From Candidatus Krumholzibacteriia bacterium (GTDB lineage: Bacteria > Krumholzibacteriota > Krumholzibacteriia > JAJRXK01): a stretch of 64,000 nt of DNA. The stretch lies in assembly GCA_041484665.1 (NCBI GenBank), contig JBGPIA010000001.1:736001-800000 (forward strand), given 5' to 3'. Position numbers and translations under genes: made by a program. This document shows, piece by piece, positions 1-9,182 of the stretch. Numbering within the stretch: the stretch's first letter is position 1; every line of letters starts with the position of its first letter. Below the pieces are notes generated by a model that worked only from the letters and a program-made list of their open reading frames with translations, was not told the origin of the DNA and did not search any database.

Positions 1-60
1 GTAGCACGCCACGCAGCCTGGAGTCGAACACCCCCGCACGCCGACAACGGAGTCTACGTC

Positions 61-942
61 ATGCGCATCTTCGACCCGCATATCCACATGACCAGCCGCA
101 TCACCGACGACTACCAGAGCATGGCCCTGGCCGGCGTGCGCGTGGTGCTGGAGCCAGCCTTCTGGATCGGGCAGCCGCGCACCCAGGTCGGGACGTTCAT
201 CGACTACTTCGACATGTTGCTGGGGTGGGAGCGTCACCGGGCGGCCGGCTTCGGGATCCACCACGTGTGCACCATGGCGCTCAATCCCCGCGAAGCCAAT
301 GAAGACCGCGTCAATGCTGGGGTGATGGAGGTCCTGCCGCGCTATTTGGAGAAGAACGGCGTGGTGGGCGTGGGTGAGATCGGTCTCGACGACCAGACTC
401 CGCGCGAGGAGAAGTTCTTCCAGGCCCAGATCCAGCTGGCCGTCGAGCACGACCTGCCCATCCTGGTGCACACGCCCCACCGCGACAAGAAGAGGGGCTT
501 CGAGCGCTCGATTGCTATCATCAAGGAGTCCGGCATCCCGATGGAACGCGTGCTGCTCGACCACGGAAACGAGGAGACGATCAAGCTTACCTGCGACCTG
601 GGTTGCATGTCTGGCTTCTCGCTGTATCCGAACACGAAGATGAGCCCCCAGCGCATGGTGGCGATCCTCAAGGAATACGGCGTCGAGCGCATGATCGTGA
701 ACAGCGCCGCCGATTGGGGGGTGAGCGACCCCCTCATGGTGCCGCGCTGCGCGACGCTCATGCAGCAGGCCGGCTTCACCGCCGAGCAGGTCGATCAGGT
801 CGTCTGGCGCAACCCCGTGGGCTTTTTCGCCCAGTCCGGGCGGCTCGATGTCGCGCAGCTCGAGCAACCCACCAGCGTGCACAAGCGCGACCTGTTCCTG
901 GGAAACAGCTTCTTGCGCGGACAAGACCCCGAAGCACTCTGA
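61..942 (+). CDS. eboB: TatD-family metal-dependent hydrolase, EboB-like
   Basis: DPHIH metal motif; SRITDDY..EPAFWIGQPRT N-terminus; GEIG, HTPH, DH and SAADWG motifs; C-terminal GNSFLRGQ, all typical of the EboB subfamily. Confidence 0.75.
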   Translation: MRIFDPHIHMTSRITDDYQSMALAGVRVVLEPAFWIGQPRTQVGTFIDYFDMLLGWERHRAAGFGIHHVCTMALNPREANEDRVNAGVMEVLPRYLEKNGVVGVGEIGLDDQTPREEKFFQAQIQLAVEHDLPILVHTPHRDKKRGFERSIAIIKESGIPMERVLLDHGNEETIKLTCDLGCMSGFSLYPNTKMSPQRMVAILKEYGVERMIVNSAADWGVSDPLMVPRCATLMQQAGFTAEQVDQVVWRNPVGFFAQSGRLDVAQLEQPTSVHKRDLFLGNSFLRGQDPEAL

Positions 943-1287
943 GCCGCGGGCGGGCCCCGCTGCGCTTGGACCCCCGGGAACCTTCGCACCGCCCGCACCG
1001 TTGTTTCCAGCCACTGGCGCTGCGTTGCAAGCGGCGCAGGCGACGGCGCGGCGGACACGCACTCGGGACACCGTGGGTGACTTGCGCGGCAGCGGAGTCT
1101 TGACGTGATTGCCGACTCCGCGCGCGCGGAGCACGGCGGTGTGCCAGCGTTACGGGATAGCGCAACTCGTGCGTCCACGCGTCGGACGTGGCCCGAAGGT
1201 TGCTGCACCGGAAGATCGGTCCAAGGCAAGGGGCGCCGGAGCCGCCTTCGCACCAGCCACGCCAACGACCAGAGTGAGGTCGGCGTC

Positions 1288-1653
1288 TTGATCCCCCGCA
1301 ATCCAGTCACGACCGCACAGAGAGCCCGTAGCGGGCGCCGCGACCTCTGGCTCTCGGTGGTGAGGGTCCAGGCCATGGTCGCGTTGATCGTCGGTGGCGT
1401 CGCGGCCTTGATGCTCTCGTTCACCCACACATTCAAATGGGTGCCATCGTCGGTGCTGCTGCTGACGTACGGGCTGCTGACGCTAGCCTGGAGCACGCGC
1501 GGACGGAAGTCGGACAGGCATGCAGTGGTCGAACCGGCGCGCTCGGAACGCTCGAACGCATCGACCGTGGGAGACCTGTCCCCCAAGGGCGGCGGTATGG
1601 GAAACCGGCACGCCGACCACGACCGCGGTCTCGATCCCATCTCCAGCCGGTAG
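1288..1653 (+). CDS. Possible small membrane protein (two hydrophobic segments)
   Basis: TTG at 1288 preceded by GAGG; hydrophobic stretches MVALIVGGVAALMLSF and VLLLTYGLLTLAW; no family recognised. Confidence 0.3.
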   Translation: MIPRNPVTTAQRARSGRRDLWLSVVRVQAMVALIVGGVAALMLSFTHTFKWVPSSVLLLTYGLLTLAWSTRGRKSDRHAVVEPARSERSNASTVGDLSPKGGGMGNRHADHDRGLDPISSR

Positions 1654-1785
1654 GAATCGCGCTCGGCGCTGGTGCATGCCACGCGAGCGCAGCGGCCGCG
1701 CGCGCCGACCGCGGTGCCGGGGATGCGCTCGCGCGTGGTCGCCACCGGCGCCGGCTGCGCGCTGGTCCGACGGACAGCCCGTCCC

Positions 1786-4700
1786 CTATTTCACGAGCAA
1801 CGCCTTCTTGACGTCGCGGAAATTGCTGGCCGCCAGCTCGTAGAGGTAGACTCCGCTGGCGACGAATCCTCCGCGATCGTCATGCCCATCCCACTCCACT
1901 GCGTGGTAACCCGCCGGCAGGTCCTGGGCGAGCAGGTTGCGCACGAGGCGCCCCGCCACATCGAACACGCGCAGCCGCACGAAGCCCTGCACCGGGGTCT
2001 CGAAGCGCAGCGTCGTGCGTGGGTTGAAGGGATTGGGGATGGCCGCGAGCAGGCGGAAGGCGCTGGGCGGCGTTACCACCGACGCGCGCGCCAGCTGCGC
2101 GATCTCAATTGCCAGCGTCTGACCGTCGACGCCGAGCGCTTGCACCTCGCGCGGCTGCAGGGCCCCGCCCAACTCGCCGAGCACCTCCAGCTGCAGGGTG
2201 AGCAGCGTGCCGTCGCCGCGCAGCGTGGCGCCCTGCCCGAGCACCGCCAGGTCGAGCACGACCGTCCCCGCTGCGGCGGACTGCCCGGCCGCGTCGGAGA
2301 CGAACACGGGAGCACCGGCAACGTCGAGCACGTCCGCGCGGCGGAAGCCCAGGTAACGCAGGCGCTGCCGGTCGTACTCCAGGGCGACGTGCAGCGCCTT
2401 GAGGGCGCCACCGTTGCCGCGGATCTGCAGTGGAAGGTCCACCTGCGCTGGCGCCCCAGACGCAGGCGTGCCGCCCAACGATCCGTTCGCGGGCTGCGCC
2501 CCGCCCGCAGGGGCGGTGAACGCCGGCTCGCCCAGGGCGATCCGCAACGGGCCGGAGTCGGGTTCCTGCGGCAGCACCGCCAGCGGCATCGCACCCAGCT
2601 TTGCCGGCGCCAAACCGAAATTCAGGGCGAAGACGACCAGGTCGCTGAAGTCGACCTTGCCGTCGGTCAACGGCAGTCCCGTGCCAGTGGCGTCGGAGGT
2701 GGGACCGATGTCGGCGCCGCCGAGGTAGGCGGCGTTCCCCCGCTGCAGTCCGTAGGTGAGGGACAGGACCGGGAGATCGTGGGCTCCGTCCACGCGTCCG
2801 TCGAAGGCGGGCACCGGCTGCCCGCCCGCGCCGAGGTCGCCCAAATCGCCCAGACGATAGTTGGTCGCACGCTTGCGTGGCGCGCTGGCCAGATCGGACA
2901 GATTCCCGGCCGCGTCGCGGCTGAGCGCGATCAGCGAGACGATCGTCCGCTGCGGCAGCGGCACCGTGTACGGCAAGGTGAGCGGCGCGTCGAGCTGCAG
3001 CTCGGTCCAGCCGTTGGCCGGAGCGCGCGCTTCGGTCAGGGTCGCAGGCCAGGCCGGGGCGGGCACCGCATCGTCGAAGTCCGGATATCCCGCATCGGCC
3101 GTGAGGCTCCAGGGACGGTAGAACAGTGTGAGCCCGGCAAAGTCGGCGGCGGGGGGCGTGATCCCCAGACGCACGCCCTGGTGAAGCGGCAGAAGCGTCA
3201 GCGCCGTCGGCGCGCCCGGCGGGGTCAGGTCGATGGCGCGCGCTGCGCCCACGGCCTGCGCAGAAAGCGACTGCGGCGGGTCGGCGACGTCCACCAGCCC
3301 CATCACGGTCAGCGGCAGCGCCGAGGCGCCCTCCGGCGCGCCCGGCTGGACCCGGAGCGTCACCGTCGCCAGCACTCCAAAGCCGTGCGCGCCCGGGGTG
3401 GCGCCGAGCAGGCTCTGGTCGATGCGGATGGTCCCAGGCGCGGACGTGTTGGCGGCGAAGAAGCTGGTCGCGCCGCCCGTCGTCTCCAGGAACGGCCCCT
3501 TGACCGCAGAGACCACGCTGAAGACCGCTGGGTCGTAGCCGATCTCGGCGCTCACCCCGCGCAGTGGATTGCCGCCGCCGAGATCGTCGTAGCGCAGGTC
3601 CAGGCTGGACTGCGCGGCGGCGGCGAGGGCGCCTGCGGCCGGGCTGAGGCTGAGCACGGGAGTGGGCGGCGGTGGCCCGAAGGTCGAGAAGCCCGTCGCG
3701 TAGCTCGCGGCCACCGCTAGGCCGTCGAGGGCGACGCGATAGATGCGCACCTGCCCTAGATCGCCGTCGAAGAAGTTGCCGTAGATGCCCGCGCCGCCCG
3801 AGGTGCCGCCGCCCAGCACGAGCTCGGAGACCTGGCTGCCCAAGCCCGTGGTGGCGCTACTGTAGCGCAGCGCGCCGTCCACGTAGGCACGTACGCCCGC
3901 TGCGTCGTAGGAGAGTGCGACGTGGTGGAACGTTCCCGCGGTCACCGGCGCGAGGGCGACCCAGCGAACTAGGCGCGCGCGCAGGGAGTCGTTCTGGACG
4001 GCGATCGCGCACCCCGGCCACGGACTCGCGTAGGACTGCACCCACTCCAACGCAATCTGGCGCGCGGCGAGATTGCTGCCAGCGGCGAGCCACAGCTCGA
4101 CGGTCGCCGTAGTGGGTGACTGGAGCGCGGCCAACCCCCCGGCCGAAAGCGTCGCGCGGTCGTCGATGCCGTCGAAGCGCAGCCGGTACGGATCGCCGCG
4201 CACGCCTTGGCCTCGCCAGCCGCTCGCGGCTCCCGGGGACGTAAACCCGGAGAGCCCCACCGCGCGGCCGGCGACAAGATCGACCCACGGCCCGGCGGCG
4301 CCGGGCACCGCGGGCGGCGTGGAGCCGTTGGCGCGATCGGCGCGCAGCTCGAACGCGAGGAGCGGCGGCGGCGAGAGCGTGAACCCGCCGGCCAGCACGC
4401 CGCTCTGGCCATTGGGGTTGGTAACCACCACGTCCCACGCACCCGGAGCTGCGCCCGTGAGGGGCAGATTGCAGGTAAGCTGCGTGGCACCGGCCACCGC
4501 CACGCTGGTCGCGACGATGTCGGGCTGGCCGGCGCGTCGCAGCCTCACGGTCGCGCCGGCCACGAACGCGTCGCCGGTGAGCTGGACGCCGGTGAGATTG
4601 CTCTCGTTGGTGGCCGCCGCGGGCAGGATCGTGGTGAGCAGCGGAGCGTTCGCGTAGAGCGCGGCGCTCTGGGCGAGGCGCACGGCGACCTGGCCCGCCG

Positions 4701-7700
4701 TCAGCGCGAAACCGTAGGCGCGCACCTCGCCGAGGGCCCCGTTGAACTCGTCGCTGTAGTGCCCAGCGCCGCCATAGGTGCCGCTGCCCAGCAGCAGCTC
4801 GCTGGCCTGACCGCCCAGATTCGCGGGCGTCGCGGTCAGCGTGCGCGCGCCATTGACGTAGGCGCACACCTGGCTGGCCGACTTCGTCACGGCCAGGTGC
4901 ACCCAGCGCTGGGGCGCCACGTTGGCGATCGATTGCCAGCTACCGTTGTAAACCTGCAGTTGCCCGTTCTGCAGCGCCACGCTCATGCCTGCAAACGGCG
5001 CGCCGTAGCTCGACAGCCACTCCAGCACGTACGAGCGCGTGAGCACGTCGGTGGGCGTCTTCAGCCACAGCTCCACGGTGGCTGCCGCGGGGTTCTGCAG
5101 TTGCGGGATGCTCCCGGCGGCGACGCGCGCCAGGTCGTCGACCCCGTCGAAGGCCAGCCGGTAGGGATCGCCCACCACTCCGCCGCCGTTCCAACCGCTG
5201 GCGGCGCCCGGGGTCGTGAAGCCCGAAAGCGCGGCGTTGTGCCCAGCAGCGAGGTCAACCCACGGCGATGCCGCGCCTGGCACCGCCGGCGCCGAGCTCC
5301 CGTTGGCCTGGGCCGCGCGCAGCTCCAGGGCCGCTGCGGGCGGCAGCGAGTGGTCGTAGACGAGCGCGGTGTCGCGCGCGCTCGCTCCCTGGCTGTCGGT
5401 GACGGTCAGGATGATCTCGAGATAGAGGTTTGCGCCCCCCGCAGTCCCCGGCACGATCGACGTCGTGGCGACGCCCGGCGGGTGGAGGTAGTTGGGGGTG
5501 GTACTGGCGCCGTTGTGCAGGTTGACCGTCCACATGTAGTGCAGCGCGCTCGGGGGATCCTCCACGTCGGTGGCGCTGGCGACGAGCGGCAGCGATGCCT
5601 GCGGATTGGTGTACTCACCGCCGTCGGCTGGCGCTGTGATGCTCGCTTGTGGGGGAAAGTTGCCCACCACCTGGATCGGGAAGGGCGCCGTGCCGAGCAA
5701 ACCGCTGCCGTCGGTCACCGTGAGAGTGGCGGTATAGCTGCCCGGATTCTGGTACACGTGCGCCGGGCTCGCCGTGGTCGAGGTTGCGCCGTCCCCGAAC
5801 GCCCACGCGTCGGTCAGGACGTCGCCGTCTGGATCGTAGGAGCTGTCGGTGAACTGCACCGTCAGCGGCGCGGACCCCGCGGCCGGCACTGCGGTGGCCG
5901 CAGCCACGGGAGGTACCTCGTTGAACGCCAGCCGTTGCAGGCGGGCGGTCACCGGCACGTCAAAATCCCAGGTCTTGGTGATGTACCCGACGCGCTGCAC
6001 GGGCGCGCCCACGGTCTGGGTTCCGGCGACGGTCCAGGGACTGGCATCGGCGGCGCGGTATTCGAACGAGTACGTGGAGCCCGTCTTCACCACGCGCAGG
6101 CTCAGCGTCGTCGCCGCACTCATAACGTTGAGCAGATTACTGGCGCCCGTGCGCTCCAGGCGCAGGTTGGTGCCGCGGTAGAAACCCCAGTAGAAAAGAT
6201 CGTAGGGGCCGAAGCCCACCATCAGACCGGAGTGGAACAGCTGCGCCGAGACGAAGCTGCTGAGCGTGACCCGCGTCTCCAGCGTCCAGTTCCCCGCGCC
6301 CATGTCGGTGCGGCGCAGCTGGGGCGCGCGGTCGATGGTGGGCGAGTGGTTGTAGGGGACCGACAGCGCGTTGGGAACCGCGAGGTCGAGGGGGAAGTGG
6401 GCCGGCGCGAAGGGCAGCGCCAGGCTCGGCCCCGGCAGCGGCGCGTACCATTCCCAAGCCTTGCTGGAGGGAATCACTGGCGCCGGCGCCGAGCGGGGGC
6501 TCACCTTCGGGGGCGCCTCGTTGTCCACCGCCTCGATCGTGTACGTGTAGGTGAGGCCATTGGCGATCGCCGAGACCGATCCGTCGTCGACGAACGAGTT
6601 CGCGACGACCGGAACCGGTGTGAGCTTCACCTCGGGCCCACCGAGCGCGCTCGTGCGGTAGACGTTGTAGCCGACCAGGTCGGACTCGGGGTTGTAGCCC
6701 CAGTTCAGCAGCACCTTGGCCTGCTGCGGAATCGCCCGCAGGCCGGTGGGCTGCACAGGCGCCACGCCGGCGCCGGTGGGTCCAGTGTAGTGGATGCGCA
6801 GGATCCGCTTGCTCGCCCACGAGCAATACATGAAGTCGCCACTCACCGGGTCGAGGCGGATCTCCACCGGATTGCCCAGATTGCTCCCGAAGTCCTGCAC
6901 GTCGACGACGTGGTCGCTGGCGTCGAGCACGGCCATGTTCAGCCAGCTCGATGGGTAGTCGCAGAAGAACAGCCGCTTGCGGTACTGGATGGGGTAGCCC
7001 GTTCCCTGGTAATAGGCGCCGCCGGCAGCGGCGTTGCCATAGATTCCGCCGATCGGCGCCGAGTCGGCGGTGAGGCCGTTGTGGGGCCATTCGATGCTTG
7101 GCGCGGTCAGCCCGGCGCCGCCGGGCGGGCACGCACCGCGGGGGGGAACGCCGGCGTACGGGTAGTCCGTCTGCTCGCCTGAGCCCTCGTTGCAGGGCCA
7201 GCCGAAGTTCTCGCCGCCCCTGCAGACGTTGATCTCCTCCCAGCGGTTCCAGCCCACGTCGCCGACGAACAGCGTGCCGGGGCGCGCGTCGGCGGGGTTG
7301 GTCGAGCCGCTGCCACGCCGGATGGTCATGCGGTATGGATTGCGCAGGCCACGGGCCCAGATGCGCGAGATGCTGCTGCGCGGATGGGCGGCGTCGTAGA
7401 AGGGATTGCTCGGGATGCCGTCGCCATTGGCGGGGTTCAGGCGCAGGATCTTGCCCGACAGGCTCCCCGTCCACTGCGAGCGATAGGCGCCGATGTCCTC
7501 GAGGGGATCGCTGCGCCCGGGCAGGAACTGATTGGGCTCGAGCCCGCCGGCGTCGGCGCGGTCGTAGTGAGCACCATCCCCGCAGGAGAACAGCAGCGTG
7601 CCGTCGTCGCCGAACAGCAGCGTTCCGGTGCTGTGCGAGTAGTATGCGGATGTGACGCCCAGCGGCCAGGTCTCTCCCACCAGCACGAGCCGGCTCGCCG

Positions 7701-8214
7701 GGTCGGCGATGTAGGGATTCGCGGTGCTCCGGGTATAGCGAACGATGCGCAAGAAGCCGAGCTGGTCCAGGTCCGGGGTGCCGGGATCGGTTTCGACGCT
7801 GTAGGCGAGGTAGAGGTAGCCGTTCGTGGCGTAATACGGGTCGAGCGCGATGCCCAGCATCCCGCGGTCCGCGTTGTCGAGCACCTCGGCCCCGAGGTCC
7901 AGGAATGGCATCGCGCGCCGGGTGTAGGTCGGGGGGCTGCCCCCAGCGGACTCGAGGATCTGCACCTGCCCGCGCTTCTCCGCCACGAAGATGCGTCCGT
8001 CGGGGGCGAAGGCGAGGCCCACGGGATCGACGAACGTGGCCGTTGGCGCGATGTCCATGGCCTGGAAGTTGTTTGGGAAGAGCTGGGCGCGCGCCGGCGC
8101 CGCGGGACCGAGGGCCAGCGCGGCGGTCGCGAGCAACCCCGCCATCGTCCGCCCGAGGGCGGCCCGGCCGGCCTTGCCGCACGGCCGGCGAGCATCACGA
8201 TGCGTGCGATCCAC
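1786..8214 (-). CDS. Secreted multidomain protein, 2142 aa: PQQ-dependent glucose/sorbosone dehydrogenase-family propeller, FN3, beta-sandwich, PKD, 2x LamG-like, IPT/TIG, cohesin-like, FN3-like, dockerin-like, cohesin-like, FlgD-Ig CTD
   Basis: GTG start at 8214 after GGAGGA; signal peptide ending ARA|QLF; PVGLAFAPDGRIFVAEK, SHSTGTLLFGDDG and GLRNPYR (GSDH family); WAFGDG (PKD); paired FDGVDD/FDGIDD LamG repeats; C-terminal PNPFNPRT..WDG..SGVY. Confidence 0.85.
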   Translation of the reverse strand: MDRTHRDARRPCGKAGRAALGRTMAGLLATAALALGPAAPARAQLFPNNFQAMDIAPTATFVDPVGLAFAPDGRIFVAEKRGQVQILESAGGSPPTYTRRAMPFLDLGAEVLDNADRGMLGIALDPYYATNGYLYLAYSVETDPGTPDLDQLGFLRIVRYTRSTANPYIADPASRLVLVGETWPLGVTSAYYSHSTGTLLFGDDGTLLFSCGDGAHYDRADAGGLEPNQFLPGRSDPLEDIGAYRSQWTGSLSGKILRLNPANGDGIPSNPFYDAAHPRSSISRIWARGLRNPYRMTIRRGSGSTNPADARPGTLFVGDVGWNRWEEINVCRGGENFGWPCNEGSGEQTDYPYAGVPPRGACPPGGAGLTAPSIEWPHNGLTADSAPIGGIYGNAAAGGAYYQGTGYPIQYRKRLFFCDYPSSWLNMAVLDASDHVVDVQDFGSNLGNPVEIRLDPVSGDFMYCSWASKRILRIHYTGPTGAGVAPVQPTGLRAIPQQAKVLLNWGYNPESDLVGYNVYRTSALGGPEVKLTPVPVVANSFVDDGSVSAIANGLTYTYTIEAVDNEAPPKVSPRSAPAPVIPSSKAWEWYAPLPGPSLALPFAPAHFPLDLAVPNALSVPYNHSPTIDRAPQLRRTDMGAGNWTLETRVTLSSFVSAQLFHSGLMVGFGPYDLFYWGFYRGTNLRLERTGASNLLNVMSAATTLSLRVVKTGSTYSFEYRAADASPWTVAGTQTVGAPVQRVGYITKTWDFDVPVTARLQRLAFNEVPPVAAATAVPAAGSAPLTVQFTDSSYDPDGDVLTDAWAFGDGATSTTASPAHVYQNPGSYTATLTVTDGSGLLGTAPFPIQVVGNFPPQASITAPADGGEYTNPQASLPLVASATDVEDPPSALHYMWTVNLHNGASTTPNYLHPPGVATTSIVPGTAGGANLYLEIILTVTDSQGASARDTALVYDHSLPPAAALELRAAQANGSSAPAVPGAASPWVDLAAGHNAALSGFTTPGAASGWNGGGVVGDPYRLAFDGVDDLARVAAGSIPQLQNPAAATVELWLKTPTDVLTRSYVLEWLSSYGAPFAGMSVALQNGQLQVYNGSWQSIANVAPQRWVHLAVTKSASQVCAYVNGARTLTATPANLGGQASELLLGSGTYGGAGHYSDEFNGALGEVRAYGFALTAGQVAVRLAQSAALYANAPLLTTILPAAATNESNLTGVQLTGDAFVAGATVRLRRAGQPDIVATSVAVAGATQLTCNLPLTGAAPGAWDVVVTNPNGQSGVLAGGFTLSPPPLLAFELRADRANGSTPPAVPGAAGPWVDLVAGRAVGLSGFTSPGAASGWRGQGVRGDPYRLRFDGIDDRATLSAGGLAALQSPTTATVELWLAAGSNLAARQIALEWVQSYASPWPGCAIAVQNDSLRARLVRWVALAPVTAGTFHHVALSYDAAGVRAYVDGALRYSSATTGLGSQVSELVLGGGTSGGAGIYGNFFDGDLGQVRIYRVALDGLAVAASYATGFSTFGPPPPTPVLSLSPAAGALAAAAQSSLDLRYDDLGGGNPLRGVSAEIGYDPAVFSVVSAVKGPFLETTGGATSFFAANTSAPGTIRIDQSLLGATPGAHGFGVLATVTLRVQPGAPEGASALPLTVMGLVDVADPPQSLSAQAVGAARAIDLTPPGAPTALTLLPLHQGVRLGITPPAADFAGLTLFYRPWSLTADAGYPDFDDAVPAPAWPATLTEARAPANGWTELQLDAPLTLPYTVPLPQRTIVSLIALSRDAAGNLSDLASAPRKRATNYRLGDLGDLGAGGQPVPAFDGRVDGAHDLPVLSLTYGLQRGNAAYLGGADIGPTSDATGTGLPLTDGKVDFSDLVVFALNFGLAPAKLGAMPLAVLPQEPDSGPLRIALGEPAFTAPAGGAQPANGSLGGTPASGAPAQVDLPLQIRGNGGALKALHVALEYDRQRLRYLGFRRADVLDVAGAPVFVSDAAGQSAAAGTVVLDLAVLGQGATLRGDGTLLTLQLEVLGELGGALQPREVQALGVDGQTLAIEIAQLARASVVTPPSAFRLLAAIPNPFNPRTTLRFETPVQGFVRLRVFDVAGRLVRNLLAQDLPAGYHAVEWDGHDDRGGFVASGVYLYELAASNFRDVKKALLVK
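3690..5335 (-). repeat. Internal duplication of a LamG-like domain (about 3690-4360 and 4660-5335) flanking an IPT/TIG domain
   Basis: ELRAAQANGSSAPAVPGAASPWVDL..SGFTTPGAASGW..GDPYRLAFDGVDD versus ELRADRANGSTPPAVPGAAGPWVDL..SGFTSPGAASGW..GDPYRLRFDGIDD. Confidence 0.85.
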
Positions 8215-8237
8215 GTTTCCTCCTGCGCCCAGCCGCG

Positions 8238-9146
8238 TCAGTCTACCCGGACGAGCTTGGCGGATGCGCGCCGTCCATCGGGCAGGGCCGCCACGGCGTA
8301 GTAGACGCCGCGTCCGACGAGCTGGCCCGCGGCATCGCGGCCATCCCACTGCACGACCCCCGGCTCCGCGCGCGCCGTGAAGGCGCGCACCCGGCGGCCA
8401 GCCACGTCGTGGATCACGATCAGCACCAAGTCTTGCTGGCCGCCTGCGGTGGCCAGGGGAGGACCTCCGCCCGGGGCGGCGCCGTTGACCGTGGCCGGTG
8501 CACCGGCCAAGGCGACCCCACCGAGGATCAGGAGCACGGGACCGCGCGACGGATTCGGCTCCGCGCGCAGGCGCAGCGCTGCCGGGCGCAGCGCCACAGG
8601 CGCATCGACCGTTCCGATGACGACCGTGGCCGTCCGCAGCGTGACGCCCGCGATGACGGCGCGGTCCACGTCGCGCAGAACGGCGTCGGTTAGCTGCACC
8701 GTGATCACTCCGTCGGCCAGGCCACGGAACGTCACCATGGCGAGCGTACCCGTAGCCGCGACGCTCGATCCGAAGCCGAGCACGCAGTCCGTGAGCACGT
8801 CGCGCCCCTGGGCGTCGCTCTCGAGGCTGAAGAACGTCGGCTGAGCAGCGCCGGAGAAGAGCGAGCCTTCCGCCGCAGAGACCAGTTCCAGCAGGTTGCG
8901 GTCGTACTGCAGGGTGAGGGCGTAGCACGATAGCCGCGACAGTCTGAGATCCGCCTCGATCGATAGGGTGAATTGCGTAGCGGGCGTCTGCCACATGTTG
9001 AACGGCTCGAAGTGGACGTCCTTGTTCTGGGCGTGCGATGCGGCTGCCGGCAGCGCAAGCGCCCCGGCCAGCAGTCCGATCCGCAGCGCATGCCGAACGC
9101 GCCCGCCGCCGCGTGCGAGCGCCGTTGGCTGATGGAGTGGACGCAT
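8238..9146 (-). CDS. Secreted cohesin-like domain protein with FlgD-Ig CTD
   Basis: ATG at 9146 after GAAGGAG; signal peptide SHA|QNK; LTLQYDRNLLELVSAAEGSLF...ATGTLAMVTF cohesin pattern; EPNPS..WDGRD..GVYY C-terminus. Confidence 0.75.
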   Translation of the reverse strand: MRPLHQPTALARGGGRVRHALRIGLLAGALALPAAASHAQNKDVHFEPFNMWQTPATQFTLSIEADLRLSRLSCYALTLQYDRNLLELVSAAEGSLFSGAAQPTFFSLESDAQGRDVLTDCVLGFGSSVAATGTLAMVTFRGLADGVITVQLTDAVLRDVDRAVIAGVTLRTATVVIGTVDAPVALRPAALRLRAEPNPSRGPVLLILGGVALAGAPATVNGAAPGGGPPLATAGGQQDLVLIVIHDVAGRRVRAFTARAEPGVVQWDGRDAAGQLVGRGVYYAVAALPDGRRASAKLVRVD

Positions 9147-9182
9147 CGAGCAACTGCTCCTTCCCATTGGGGACCGCGCCGG

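Noticed and set aside
1672..7182. Long plus-strand ORFs (682 aa, 991 aa) and similar antisense ORFs throughout the window
   Set aside because: Stop-poor antisense frames expected at this GC content; no recognisable motifs
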